The notes below the pieces were generated by a model. The model ran no database searches, had not been told where the DNA came from, and saw only the letters and a list, made by a program, of their open reading frames with translations. A DNA stretch of 64,000 nt. Origin: an uncultured Actinomycetota bacterium (GTDB lineage Bacteria; Actinomycetota; Actinomycetes; Streptosporangiales; Streptosporangiaceae). Shown here piece after piece: positions 43,001 through 55,505 of this stretch (its first letter is position 1; each line of letters opens with the position of its first letter). The DNA lies in NCBI GenBank assembly GCA_963748785.1, contig CAVVKP010000034.1:31421-95420 (forward strand), written 5' to 3'. The translations under genes and the position numbers were made by a program.

Positions 43001-44036
43001 GCTGCGGTACCTCCAAGCGCGGAGCGTTGCCAGCGGCTGCGCGGTGCGTTTACCCACGGCGGCGAGCGTCTGGCGGATGGCGGTGATGACGTCGTCGCGC
43101 GACGGCAGGGCGGCCGTCTCCAGCGGCTTCGCGTAGGGCATCGGCACCTCGGCCATCGCCACCCGGCGGACCGGCGCGTCCAGGTAGTCGAACGCGCCGT
43201 CCGAGATCGAGGCGGCGACCTCGGCGCCGATCCCGTAGGTGAGCCAGTCGTCTTCGAGCACGACCGCGGCGTGCGTCTTCTTGACCGACGCGATGATCGT
43301 CTCGCGGTCGAGCGGGCGCAGGCTGCGCAGGTCGACCACCTCGATGTCGAGCCCGTCGGACTCCGCGAGCGACGCGGCGACCTCGGCCGCCACGTGCGCC
43401 ATCCGCGAGTAGCCGATCAGGGTCAGGTCCCGGCCCGGGCGGGTGACCAGCGGCCCGGCCGATCTCGGCCGGGGTGTCGTCGTCGGGCACCTCGCCCTTG
43501 GTGTTGTAGAGCGCCAGGTTCTCCAGGAACAGGACCGGGTCGTCGTCGCGGATCGCGGCGAGCAGCAGCGCCTTGGCGTCGGCCGGGCTGGACGGGGCGA
43601 CCACCTTCATGCCGGGGATGAAGGCGTAGAACAGCTCGATGTTCTGCGAGTGGGTGGCGCCGAGCTGCTGCCCGCCGCCACCTGGGGTGCGGATGACCAG
43701 CGGCACGCTGGCCTGGCCGCCGAACATGCCGTAGATCTTGGCGGCGTGGTTGATGATCTGGTCGAGCGCCAGCATGGAGAAGTTGATCGTCATCATCTCG
43801 ACGACCGGGCGCAGGCCGAGCATCGCCGCGCCGATCGCGGCGCCGGCGAAGCCCTCTTCGGCGATCGGGGTGTCCCGCACCCGCTTCGCGCCGAACTCCT
43901 TCAGCAGGCCGGCGGTGATCTTGTAGGAGCCCTCGAAGACGCCGATCTCCTCGCCCATCAGGAACACGCTGTCGTCCCTGAGCATCTCCGCGCGCAGCGT
44001 GTCGTGCAGCGCCTGGCGGTAGGTCATGATGGTCAT
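42997..44036 (-). CDS. pdhB: Pyruvate dehydrogenase E1 beta (frameshift near 43450)
   Basis: GEEIGVFEGSYKIT, DTPIAE, LGATHSQ, DLRSLRPLD, FDYLDAPV. Confidence 0.9.
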
Positions 44037-44040
44037 GCGT

Positions 44041-45195
44041 TCACTCCTGGCTGAGGCTGCGGCTCCCGCGACGGCCCGGGGGCTTGCGGGGTTTCCGGAG
44101 GGGAAGCGGTTCAAACAGCGGCTGGCCAGGCAGGCGGCGCGAGTCGTTGGGGACCGGCGTCGCGTAGGTGTAGTCGAACAGCGTGGCCACCTCGGGATGC
44201 GGGCTGTCCGCGGCGAAGTCGGCGGCAGCGGTGACGATCTCCGCGACCTCTTCCTCGATCGCGGCGATCACGCCGGGGTCGAGGACGCCGTCGGCGGTCA
44301 GCTTGGCGCCGAACAGCTCCGACCGGGTCCTCGTGCTTGAGCCGCTCGGTCTCCTCGGCGCTGACGGTACTTGGCCGGGTCGACGACGGAGTGGCCGCGC
44401 AGCCGCTCGGTGACGACCTCGAGCAGGTACGGCCTGTCCGCCGCGCGCGGTCTCGACGGCCTTCGCCGCCGCGTCGCGGACGGCGACCGGGTCGAGCCCG
44501 TCGACCCGCGCCGACTCCATCCGGTAGGCGGCGCCCCGCTTGTACAGGTCCGGCTCGGCCGACGAGCCGGCGACCGTGCGTGCCCATGCCGAGCCCGTTG
44601 TTGATGATGACGAAGACGACCGGCAGGTTCCACAGCGCGGCGATGTTCAGCGACTCGTGGAAGGCGCCGATGGCGGTGGTGCCGTCGCCCAGGGTGCACA
44701 TCACCACCTCGTCGCCGCCCCGGTAGTCGATGGCCAGCGCCGCGCCGGTCGCCAGCGGCAGCTGGCCGCCGACGATGCCGTAGCCGCCGAGCAGCCGGTG
44801 GGTGACGTCGAACATGTGCATCGAGCCGCCCCAGCCCTTGGAGACGCCGTCGACCCGGCCGTACAGCTCGGCCATCACCCGGCTCGGGTCGATGCCGCGC
44901 ATGAGCGCGTAGCCGTGCTCGCGGTAGTTGGTGAAGAGGTAGTCGGTTGGCCGCAGCGCCGCCATGAGGCCGACCACGGCCGCTTCCTCGCCCAGGTTGA
45001 GGTGGCAGTAGCCGCCGACGAGCGCCTCGGTGTAGGCCCGGGCGGCGCGTTCCTCGAACCGGCGGATCGAGCACCATGTCCCGGTAGAACGGGCGGAGCT
45101 GCCCGCGCTGCGGCGCGGATCCGGTGCGGTGTCTTGCGGCGGCGCCGCGGGCGGTGCTGCGGCGCGGACCGCCGCTGCCGTGCCTGACTTGCCAT
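44041..45195 (-). CDS. pdhA: Pyruvate dehydrogenase E1 alpha (multiple frameshifts)
   Basis: YREHG, GWGGSMH, GDG...N TPP motif, RLRGHSVVDP. Confidence 0.88.
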
Positions 45196-45345
45196 CGCCT
45201 GGCCTTCCCCGACCTCGTGGGCCGCACCGGAAGTAATGACACTGTTTCGTATCATTCTACTAGCGACGCGCGCTGGCAGCGCAAGCCGCCAGGCCGCAGA
45301 ATCTGGGAAGACGCAGATGACACGGGAGGGCGGGAAGAGGGAGGC

Positions 45346-45973
45346 ATGAGCGGGCAGCGCCGTCGACCCGGTGCTGCGCAAGCGCGGGCGGCCGACGGCC
45401 GACGAGCGCCGGGCCCGGGAGACCGAGATCATCACCGCCGCTCTCGGCGTCTTCCTCCGTCCGGCTACGGCGCCAGCACGGTCGATGAGCTAGCTGCCGC
45501 GGCCCAGGTGACAAAGCGCACCATCTACGCGTACTACGGCGACAAGGCCGGGCTGTTCGCCGCCATGGTCAGGCCGACCTCGCCGCCGCCGTGAGCCTGG
45601 ACGCGGCGAGCGACCGCGACACGCTTGAGGTGCTCGCCGCGCGCATCGTGCAGCCGCTGCACTCCGACGAGCTGGTCGGCCTGCACCGGCTGGTGATCGC
45701 CGAGTCCACCCGGTTCCCCGAACTCGCCCAGATCCTGCACAGCAGCGGCGACGCCCGCCACATCACCCGGCTACGCCGAGCACCTCCGCACCGAGCGCGG
45801 CGCCGGCGAGCGAGCCGCTCGCCGAACCGTTGTTCTCCCTGCTGCTCGGCGAGAAGCACCGCCGCCGGCTGCTCGGCATCGACCCGGCGCCCACCGTCGC
45901 GCAGGCCGCTGCGCACGCGGACGCCGCGCTGGCCCTGCTCGGCCTCACCCGGCCCGCCGCCCAGGCGCGCTGA
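45346..45973 (+). CDS. TetR family regulator (frameshifted)
   Basis: GYGASTVDELAAAAQVTKRTIYAYYGDK; LVIAESTRFPELA. Confidence 0.82.
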
Positions 45974-46041
45974 ATCGGGAACTCGAGCCGCGAGCCGAGG
46001 TCCGGTGGCAGTGATACGGCCGTGCGGGTGGTGCCTGCGGG

Positions 46042-47058
46042 CTAGCTGCCCTGGGGTAGCCCGAATCTCGCCAGCACGCTGTTGTCGCTGAAGCCGGTGA
46101 TGACGCTGATGCGGTCTCCGGCGAGGGTGAGGACGATCAGCCCGTGCGCGTGGCCGACCGGGCCGTGCGGGTCGCGCAGGTAGCGGCCGAAGGCAGGCTG
46201 GCCGTTCGCCCGGGTGGGAATGAGCCGGGACTGCCGGGTTCCGTCGCGGAACGAGACAGCGTCCAGGAAATGCCCGATCGCGTGGCGGCCCTGGTACTCC
46301 AGCGGCAGCGGCGGCATCGTGAGCCAGGCATCGTCGGTGAGCAGGGCGACGATGGCCGCCACGTCGCCGCGCTCGAACGCGTCGGCGAACCGGGCAGTGA
46401 CCTGCTGCTCGCGCCGAGAGCCTGGCAGCGGGGCGTGGTCGCGCCCGCCCGGCGGCAGGTGCCCGGTGATCGTGGCCCGGGCCCGCTTGAGCAGGTTGTT
46501 CGCGGCGTCCGGTGTGCAGCCGAGGACGGCCGCGGTTTCGGAGGCGCGGAACCCGAGCACGTCGCGGAGCACCAGGGCGGCGCGCTGGCGGGGCGGGAGG
46601 TGCTGCAGGGCGGTGACGAAGGCCAGCGACACCGATTCCCGGGCTTCATACCGCGCCTCGGGTCCCGGGGCGGCATCCGGCAGGTCGCCCAGCAGCGCGT
46701 CGGGGTAGGGCTCCAGCCATAGCGGCTCGCCGCCGCGGGTGGGCTCGGGCAGCGGTACCTCAGGCGCGGGCAGCGGTGCGCCGCGACTGGCGCGCAGGTG
46801 GTTGAGGCACTTGTTGGCGGCGATCGCGTGCAGCCAGGTGCGCAGCGATGATCGCTCCGCGAACCGGTCGAGTCCGCGCCAGGCAGCCATCATCGTCTCC
46901 TGCAGCATGTCCTCGGCGTCGGCGGCCGAGCCGAGGATCCGGTAGCAGTGCACCTGGAGTTCGCGCCGGAACGGCTCGGTGAGCTCGGCGAACGCCTTCC
47001 CGTCGCCGGAGCGGGCCCGGGCCAGCAACGGCCCGGTCTGATCAGGGGTTTCTCGCAC
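46042..47058 (-). CDS. ECF sigma-70 factor, SigG-like, with C-terminal SnoaL-like domain
   Basis: HCYRILGSAADAED, WLEPYPD, ALQHLPPRQRAALVLRDVLG, TRANGQPA. Confidence 0.92.
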   Translation of the reverse strand: MRETPDQTGPLLARARSGDGKAFAELTEPFRRELQVHCYRILGSAADAEDMLQETMMAAWRGLDRFAERSSLRTWLHAIAANKCLNHLRASRGAPLPAPEVPLPEPTRGGEPLWLEPYPDALLGDLPDAAPGPEARYEARESVSLAFVTALQHLPPRQRAALVLRDVLGFRASETAAVLGCTPDAANNLLKRARATITGHLPPGGRDHAPLPGSRREQQVTARFADAFERGDVAAIVALLTDDAWLTMPPLPLEYQGRHAIGHFLDAVSFRDGTRQSRLIPTRANGQPAFGRYLRDPHGPVGHAHGLIVLTLAGDRISVITGFSDNSVLARFGLPQGS

Positions 47059-47093
47059 GGCGCCTCCCGGTTCGATGGTCCTGCGCCAATACT

Positions 47094-47156
47094 GACTCCG
47101 CCCGCCCCGGAAACTGGCCGCTCCGCGGCCGGCCAGTTTCCGGCGTGCCCCGTGTC
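47094..47156. promoter_or_regulatory. Mirror-image divergent ECF-type promoters
   Basis: 14-bp inverted repeat ccggaaactggccg / cggccagtttccgg; each strand reads ccagtttccgg-N8-g[t/a]gtc. Confidence 0.65.
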
Positions 47157-47197
47157 CCAACACGGCGGAAGCCAACAACGCACGAGGGAGAAGGCAC

Positions 47198-48703
47198 GTG
47201 GTTCAGGAACAGGTAGCAGCGGGCGGCGGGCAGGCCGGGACGACGAGGGAGCAGCGCTGGGTGCTGGGCCTGGCGTCACTGGCGTCGTTCATCGTGATCC
47301 TCGACGTGATGGTCGTGGCGACCGCGCTGACCGCGATCCGGCGGCACCTGGGCGCGTCGCTGGCGGACCTGGAATGGACGGTCAACGCCTACACGCTCAG
47401 CTTCGCGGTGCTGCTGATGACCGCGGCGGCGGTCGGTGACCGGCTCGGCCGCCGCCGGGTCTTCGCGGCCGGGCTCATCATGTTCGCGGTGTCCTCGGCG
47501 GGATGCGCCCTGGCCCCGGACGCCGCCGCGCTGATCGCCGCCCGCGCGGTGCAGGGCGCGGGCGCGGCCACGATCATGCCGATGGCGCTGGCGCTGCTGA
47601 ACGGCGCGTTCCCGCCCGCGCGGCGCGGCTGGGCGATCGGGATCTACGGCAGCGTGACCGCGCTGGCCGCGGTGGCCGGGCCGGTACTCGGCGGGGCGGT
47701 CACCCAGGGGCTCGGCTGGCAATGGATCTTCTGGCTCAACGTGCCGGTGGCGCTCGCGGCCGTCCCGCTAGTCCTGCGCCGGATCAAGGAGGCGACGGGT
47801 CCGGGCGGTGCGGTGGACCTGCCGGGGCTGGTGCTGGTCACCGCCGCGGCGCTGGGTCTGGTGTGGGGGCTGGTTCGGGGAAACACGGCGGGCTGGAGCA
47901 GCCTTGAGGTAACCGGGACACTGGCCGGCGGGGCCGCGGCAGCGGCCCTCTTCGCGGCATGGGAGCGCCGCGCCGCGCGGCCGATGCTTCCCGCGCGGCT
48001 GTTCCGCTCGCCGGCGTTCCCGGCGGGCAACATCGCGATCTTCATGATCAATGCCTCGCTGACCGGGGTGATGTTCCTGATGCCGCAGTTCCAGCAGGTG
48101 GTTGCGGGACAGGGTCCGCTCGGCTCAGGGCTGCGGCTGCTCCCCTGGGGGATCGCGCCGTTCCTTGTCGGCCCGCAGGCGGGCGCGCTGGCCGACCGGG
48201 TCGGCCCACGTGCCCTGGTCGTGACCGGGTCGCTGCTGCAGGCCGCCGGGGTGGCGTGGATCGCCGCGGCAGCGGGTCCTGGCCCGGGCTACCTCGCCCT
48301 GCTCGCGCCCATGACCATCATCGGCGTCGGGTTCGCGCTGGCCATCCCGGCCGTCACCAGGTCGGTGACCAGCACCGTGCCGCCTGCCGACATCGGCACG
48401 GCATCCGCCGCGTTCACCACGATGCGGCAGCTCGGCGGCGCGTTCGGCGTCGCGGTCCTGGCCGCCGCGTTCGCCGCGACCGGAGGCTACGCCACCCCCG
48501 CGGCCTTCAGCCACGGGTTCGCCACGGCCTTCGCCGTCGCAGCGGGCCTGGCCATCATCGGGAGCGCGGCAGGCACCCGGCTGAGCGGCCGCGTGAACCG
48601 CCCGTCGCCCACCAGGCCGGGCGAGCCTGGCCGGGCGTTCAGCGCCGGCGGGACGGTTGCCGCGGGGCACCCCGCAGCGCCGGATGCTCATTCGCGTTAC
48701 TGA
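47198..48703 (+). CDS. MFS transporter, DHA2 family
   Basis: WTVNAYTL, GDRLGRRR, RAVQG.G, GPVLGG...WQWIFWLNVP, RQLGGAFG. Confidence 0.93.
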   Translation: MVQEQVAAGGGQAGTTREQRWVLGLASLASFIVILDVMVVATALTAIRRHLGASLADLEWTVNAYTLSFAVLLMTAAAVGDRLGRRRVFAAGLIMFAVSSAGCALAPDAAALIAARAVQGAGAATIMPMALALLNGAFPPARRGWAIGIYGSVTALAAVAGPVLGGAVTQGLGWQWIFWLNVPVALAAVPLVLRRIKEATGPGGAVDLPGLVLVTAAALGLVWGLVRGNTAGWSSLEVTGTLAGGAAAAALFAAWERRAARPMLPARLFRSPAFPAGNIAIFMINASLTGVMFLMPQFQQVVAGQGPLGSGLRLLPWGIAPFLVGPQAGALADRVGPRALVVTGSLLQAAGVAWIAAAAGPGPGYLALLAPMTIIGVGFALAIPAVTRSVTSTVPPADIGTASAAFTTMRQLGGAFGVAVLAAAFAATGGYATPAAFSHGFATAFAVAAGLAIIGSAAGTRLSGRVNRPSPTRPGEPGRAFSAGGTVAAGHPAAPDAHSRY

Positions 48704-48740
48704 CGGGAGATGCCGGCTGGTTCCCGGCGGGAAAGGCCAA

Positions 48741-48775
48741 AGGGCTTGCGGTAGGACCCTGGTCGCGCGGAGAAT
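48741..48775 (+). promoter_or_regulatory. Rifamycin-associated element (RAE) with promoter
   Basis: agggcttgcggtaggaccc resembles the RAE GGGGCTTGCGGCAAGGCCC; TTGCGG-N18-GAGAAT upstream of rox. Confidence 0.75.
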
Positions 48776-48818
48776 CACGGGCCGAAGCCAGCACCCGGGA
48801 GACCAGGGACTCGGCTAG

Positions 48819-50318
<1,500 letters not shown>

Positions 50319-50410
50319 CGGAATTGCGCCCGGGTGGTCATCACCGGCCGGGCCGCCCGTGGTGGCCAGAACGTGCTCGACGGGGGCCTGCCGACGCTGC
50401 GGCCGGTCTA

Positions 50411-50427
50411 TGTATATTGTTTTCATG
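50411..50427. promoter_or_regulatory. Candidate RpiR/MurR operator upstream of nagB
   Basis: tgtatattgttttcatg; 15/17 identical to 53598-53614. Confidence 0.55.
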
Positions 50428-50455
50428 ACTTATACGACTGAGGTAAATTTAGAAC

Positions 50456-51200
50456 ATGGCGTCCGCAGCCGATCCTTGCCTCGTCATCGCCCACCGTGCC
50501 GCCGCCTCACGGCAGGCCGCGCGGCTGCTGGCTGACGAGCTCGCCAGCCCCCGGCCGGTCCTCGGGCTGGCCACCGGGTCAAGCGTCGAGCTTGTCTACG
50601 AGGAACTGGCCGCGCTGGTCTCCGCCGACCCCGTGCTGCGCGGCGGCATCGAGCGGGCGCAGGGGTTCGGGCTCGATGAATACGTGGGCCTTCCCGCCGG
50701 AGATCCCAACAGCTACCTGGCAACCCTGGAACGCGAGATGGCCATCCCCGCCGGGCTGCCTCTCGACCGCCTGCACGTCCCGTCTGCCTCGATCGCGGAT
50801 GGCCCGGGCGGCTACGACAAGCTGATCAGCGCCGGCCGGCGGGGTGGGCGTGCAGGTCCTTGGCATCGGCGGCAACGGCCACATCGGCTTTAACGAGCCC
50901 GGTTCGCCGCTGGACTCCGGCACCCGGCTGATCACCCTGGACGAGCGCACGCGTCAGGACAACGCGCGCTTCTTCGCCGGCCTGGCGCAGGTGCCCACCC
51001 AGGCGGTCACCCAGGGCATCGGCACGATCCTGCGGGCGCGCCGGCTCGTGCTGCTCGCCTTCGGCGCGCAGAAGGCGGCGGCCCTCGCCGCTGCGCTGGC
51101 CGGCCCGGTGACCCCGCTGCTGCCGGCCTCGGCCCTGCAGCTCCACCCCGATGTCATCGTGCTCGCCGACCCCGGCGCGGCCAGCCTGCTGCCCGCCTGA
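50456..51200 (+). CDS. nagB: Glucosamine-6-phosphate deaminase (frameshift near 50838)
   Basis: VLGLATGSS, LDEYVGL, LGIGGNGHIGFNEPGS, TRQDNARFF, PASALQLH. Confidence 0.9.
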
Positions 51201-51224
51201 GGCGCGGCCGGGATCAGTCGACCG

Positions 51225-52282
51225 CGTCGATCACGTCAAGCGCGGCCGCCGGACAGCTCGTGCGGGTAGCGGTCGGCGAAGGACGACGGCAGCGCAACCT
51301 TGTCGAGCAGCTCCGCTGACCGTCCCTCGCGGCTGCTCGCCGGCGTCGCCGATCTTGTGCACGCGCAGCGGCTCGGCGACGACCTGCGCGACGGTGTAGC
51401 GGGGGTCGAGCGAGGCGTAGGGGTTCTGGAAGACCGGCTGGACGGCGCGGCGGAAGGCGAGCAGCTCCTCGCCGCGGAGCCCGGACACGTCGGCGCCGCG
51501 GTAGCTGACACGGTGCCGCCGTCGGTCTGCTCCGAGCCGCAGCGCGAGGCGAGCGGTGGTGGACTTGCCGGAGCCGGACTCGCCGACGATCGCGACGGTC
51601 TGACCGCGGCGGGACCAGGAGGTCGACGCCGTCGACGGCCATCGAGCGGCATCGGGGCGGCCGCGGATGCGGTACTTCTTGACCGCGCCGCGTGACCTGC
51701 GAGCAGGATCTCGGGCTCGGCCCCGCCGTCGCCGGCCAGGAGCGCGGGCGGCGGTCTTGGCGCCGGCCATGCCCGGGGCAGCGGCCAGCAGGCGGCGGGT
51801 GTACTCGTGCTGCGGGATAGGCGACGATGCTCGGCCGCCGGGCCGGTCTCGACGATCTCGCCGCGGTACATGACGGCGACGCGGTCGGCGCGCTCGGCCG
51901 CCAGGCCGAGATCGTGGGTGATCAGCAGCACCGCCGCGCCCACGTCGGAGGCCAGCTGACCCATCTGGTCGAGCACGAGCCGCTGCACGGTCACGTCGAG
52001 CGCGGAGGTCGGCTCGTCGGCCAGCAGCACCTCGGGACGGCAGGCCAGGGCCATGGCGATCAGCACGCGCTGGCGCATGCCGCCGGAGAACTCGTGCGGG
52101 TACTGGCGGAACCGCGCCTCCGGGTCGCTGATGCCGGCCTGCGTCCAGCAGCCGGATCGCCTCGTCCCGGGCGGCCTGCCCGCGGGCGCGGCCGTGCACC
52201 TCGAGGGCCTCGACGATCTGAGCGCCGATCCGCATCACCGGGTTGAGGTTGGTCATCGGGTCCTGGGGGACCAGGCCGATCG
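51225..52282 (-). pseudogene. Dipeptide/oligopeptide ABC dual-domain ATPase, truncated at both ends
   Basis: [42 protein letters not shown]; stops at ELSGG. Confidence 0.8.
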
Positions 52283-53254
52283 GTGAAGCCGCCGTGGTAC
52301 AGCAGGCGTGAGGGCGAACTCGCCGCCTGGACGGCGCACGCGGCGGAAGCCGACCGCCTGGTCGGGGTCGAGCTCCGGTCGGGGCCGCGAACACGGTCAA
52401 GGACCGGACGCGGGGACGAGGTCGCCGCCGCGCACGGCGGTGCCGAGGCGTCAGCAGGTCGTCGACCGTGGCGAACAGGCCCGCGTGGCCCGCGACGCCG
52501 CCGAGCGCGTGCGCGGCGTTGCCGTCGTTGACGACGCCGCGCAGCGGCGCGGTTCCGCCAGCCGGCGAAGTCGCCCGGGGTGAACGGCACCGGGTACGGG
52601 CGGCCTGCCGGCGATCATGGTCGAACTCGTAGGCGTCGCTGTCCGCGCTGGCCGCCGCCCGGCCGGCTGGCACCGGCCCGTAGCGCGCGGCGAGGCCGAG
52701 CGGTTCGGCGACCAGGCTGGCGGAACGCGTCGGCGAGGCCGAGGGCGGTGACGCGCTCGACGATCGCGGCCGGCGAGGATGAGGCCGAGGTCGGAGTAGC
52801 GCCACGCCGCGTTCCCGGCGGGCCGTCCAGCGGCAGCGAGCTGCGCGCGCTCGAGCGCCGCATCGCGGTCGCGGGCCTCGCAGTACAGCGGCCACCACGG
52901 TGGCAGGCCGGCGGTGTGGGTGAGCAGCTGCTCGACGGTGACGTCCGTCCTTGCCGCGCCACGGTGAAGGACGGCAGGTAGCGATACGCCGGTGTCGTCC
53001 AGGCTCAGCTGCGCCGTCGGCGACGAGGCGCATGATCAGCGTCGTGGTGGCGGCGACCTTGGTGACCGAGGCCAGGTCGAGGAGCGTCTGCCCGGTCATG
53101 GGCTCGCCCGGCAGGCCGTCGGCGGGCAGCCGCGCCCAGCCGTCGTTCCGCGACGTGCGGTGCCCGCGGCGGTGCGCACGCCCGCGACAGCGCTGGCCGG
53201 GTGCGCGCTCCTGCGCGGCCGAGCGGCGAGGAGCCGCTCGGCCGCGTCGGACAT
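52283..53254 (-). pseudogene. Serine hydrolase (beta-lactamase fold), 3'-truncated and frameshifted
   Basis: DLASVTK (SxxK), VNDGNA..LGGVAGHAGLF; ends at HGGFT. Confidence 0.78.
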
Positions 53255-53259
53255 GACGC

Positions 53260-53545
53260 GTCACCGGGCGTCTCCCGGGCTGGCGGGTGCCGTGATGCTC
53301 AGGGCCGGCCGGCCAGGAGGCCAGCGCGCTCGGCCCGCGGTGGAGGCCAGCACGTAGTCGGCGTTCCGCAGGGTGAGCACGGAGGAAGACCCCAACGACG
53401 GCCGACGCCGCCGCGGAGACGGCCGCGATGCGCAGCGAATCGGCCAGCCCGCCGGCCACCCGGGAGAACATGTCCCGGCCGAACTGGTCGGTGCCGAACC
53501 AGTGCGCGCCGTTTGGACCCTGGAGCGAGACGGCGACGTTCAACT
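53260..53545 (-). pseudogene. Fragments of a peptide ABC permease
   Basis: HWFGTDQFGRDMFSRV joined to VLTLRNADYVLAS. Confidence 0.72.
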
Positions 53546-53597
53546 CCCTGCTAGTGGCCAGGTTAGGGCAATTTATTACTTTAAAAGTTACATGTGG

Positions 53598-53614
53598 TGT
53601 ATATTTTTTACATG
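53598..53614. promoter_or_regulatory. Candidate RpiR/MurR operator in the AT-rich divergent region
   Basis: tgtatattttttacatg. Confidence 0.55.
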
Positions 53615-53700
53615 TTGGAGCCACCGGTTGTCCAGCCCTGGCCGGCCGGGCCGCCGGAAGGCGTTAGCGTGGCTACCTTCGAGAAAAGAGGACCTGTCCG

Positions 53701-54585
53701 ATGACCGAGGACATCCTGGTGCGGCTGCGGCAATCGCTGCCCGGCTTGCGGCCGAGCGAGCAGCGGATCGCCAGGACCGCGCTCGCTGATCCCGCGGCCA
53801 TCTCCGGCCTGAACATCACCGAGCTCGCCGCGCGCAACGCGATCTCAACGGCGACCGTGGCCAGGTTCTGCCGCAACATCGGCTTCGACGGCTACAAGAG
53901 CTTCTGCCTGGCACTCGCCCGCGCGGCCGCCAGCGAGACCGGCCGCAAGGTCGAGTTCGGCGTGTCCGACGGCGACATCGACCCCGCGGACTCGACCGCG
54001 GAAGTGGTACGCAAGCTCGCCTTCCAGGAGGCCCGCGCGGTCGAGGAAACCGCGGCCACTCTCGACCTGAGCCAGGTCGAGCGTGTCGTCGACGCGATCG
54101 TTGCCGCTCCCGTGGTGGACCTCTTCGGATCGGCGGGCAGCGGCCTCGCCGCACAGGACCTGCAGCAGAAGCTGCGGCGCATCGGTTACCAGGCTAATGC
54201 CTGGACGGACGCCCACCTGGCCATCACCAGCGCCGCCGTCCTCCCCGCGGACGCCGTGGCCATCGCGTTCTCCCACTCGGGCGAGACCGAGGAGGCGATC
54301 TCAGCGCTCGAGACCGCATCGCGCAGCGGCGCACTGACGGTGGCGGTGACCAACGTCCCTGAATCGCCGCTCGCCCAAGTCGCCGACGCCGTCCTCACCA
54401 CGGCCTCCAGGGAGACCCGGTTCCGCTACGGTGCTATGTCCAGCCGCATGGCGCAGCTCGTGATCGTCGACGTGATCTTCATCGGCGTCGCCCAGCACAA
54501 CTCGGAGAAGGTCTCGAAGTTGCTCGCGGCCACCCTCGATGCCGTGGCGAGCCGCCGCAGGCCCCGCCGGAAGGCGGACAGCTGA
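53701..54585 (+). CDS. MurR/RpiR family regulator (HTH + SIS)
   Basis: STATVARFCRNIGFDGY, AFSHSGET, AMSSRMAQL. Confidence 0.93.
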   Translation: MTEDILVRLRQSLPGLRPSEQRIARTALADPAAISGLNITELAARNAISTATVARFCRNIGFDGYKSFCLALARAAASETGRKVEFGVSDGDIDPADSTAEVVRKLAFQEARAVEETAATLDLSQVERVVDAIVAAPVVDLFGSAGSGLAAQDLQQKLRRIGYQANAWTDAHLAITSAAVLPADAVAIAFSHSGETEEAISALETASRSGALTVAVTNVPESPLAQVADAVLTTASRETRFRYGAMSSRMAQLVIVDVIFIGVAQHNSEKVSKLLAATLDAVASRRRPRRKADS

Positions 54586-54771
54586 CAGTTGTATCCCCAG
54601 CGCCGCCGGCAGGCCGGAGTTCCGCTGTGCCCGGGCTGTTCCATCGGGCGGCGTCAGGAGGGAAGGTGGTTGCCCGGTACGGCGCGAACGCCTACCAGGG
54701 GCGCGACGCGGTCCTGGCCAGGATGAGTGGCGGGTGGCCGCTCGATCCAGGGACTGCTGTCGGCGCGCCGG

Positions 54772-55401
54772 TCAGCCTCCAGCTGTAGCCGGGCGCTGCG
54801 TGGGCAGCGGGGGCGCCCCGTACAGGCGGTCAAGGTCCTGCCGCTGCGCGTCGGAGAGAACGGTGTCCTGCTGTTCCTGCATGCCGGCCGCGGCTTGCTT
54901 GGCCAGTTCTGACGCCAGGGCGCCCAGCTGCTGCACGCCGGTGGCATCGATCAGGACCCGGTTCGTGGCAAAGACCGCGATGCCCTCTACCCGCCGGTCC
55001 TTCTTCGCGGGCGGCGAAAGGGCGGCGCCGATCCTGGCGGCCTCGAATGGGTCCGCGGAATGCCCGGTGAGCTTGCCGCATTCCCCGATAACCCATTCAT
55101 GAAAATTCATCACCGCCCCTTGCAGGGGCAGGCTCCGCACTTCGTCATCGGTGAGCCCGGAGCCGTCGCCCGGACCGAAACAGCGAGCGTAGGTGACCAG
55201 CGCGGATGTCCACAACGCCAGCGGGACAACGCCGTCCCGGTCCTCCTCCGGCCTGGCCAGTTCCGCGAGAAGCCGCTTGCAGCAATCCATGACGAATTGA
55301 AGATCTTGAACAATAGACGCCTGGTCAGCGAGAATCCGCGCTGACGGCATATCAAGGGCGACAGTCAACGCCTGTCGCGACGTGCTTTCCGTCTCGCCCA
55401 C
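54772..55401 (-). CDS. Hypothetical protein
   Basis: ORF with predominantly helical-looking, non-repetitive composition. Confidence 0.65.
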   Translation of the reverse strand: MGETESTSRQALTVALDMPSARILADQASIVQDLQFVMDCCKRLLAELARPEEDRDGVVPLALWTSALVTYARCFGPGDGSGLTDDEVRSLPLQGAVMNFHEWVIGECGKLTGHSADPFEAARIGAALSPPAKKDRRVEGIAVFATNRVLIDATGVQQLGALASELAKQAAAGMQEQQDTVLSDAQRQDLDRLYGAPPLPTQRPATAGG

Positions 55402-55505
55402 GATTCCCCGTTCCGGCCGCCGGTCCCGTAATCTCGTCCTCCCCATCCTGGCCCAGCGGCAACCGGTTCTCGTCTCAGATCGAGACACGCCGTTAGGGTG
55501 TACCC

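Noticed and set aside
42608-43402. Apparent PdhB-lipoyl domain fusion
   Set aside because: It is best explained by an indel near the GTGA overlap at 42997-43000 in an error-rich stretch.
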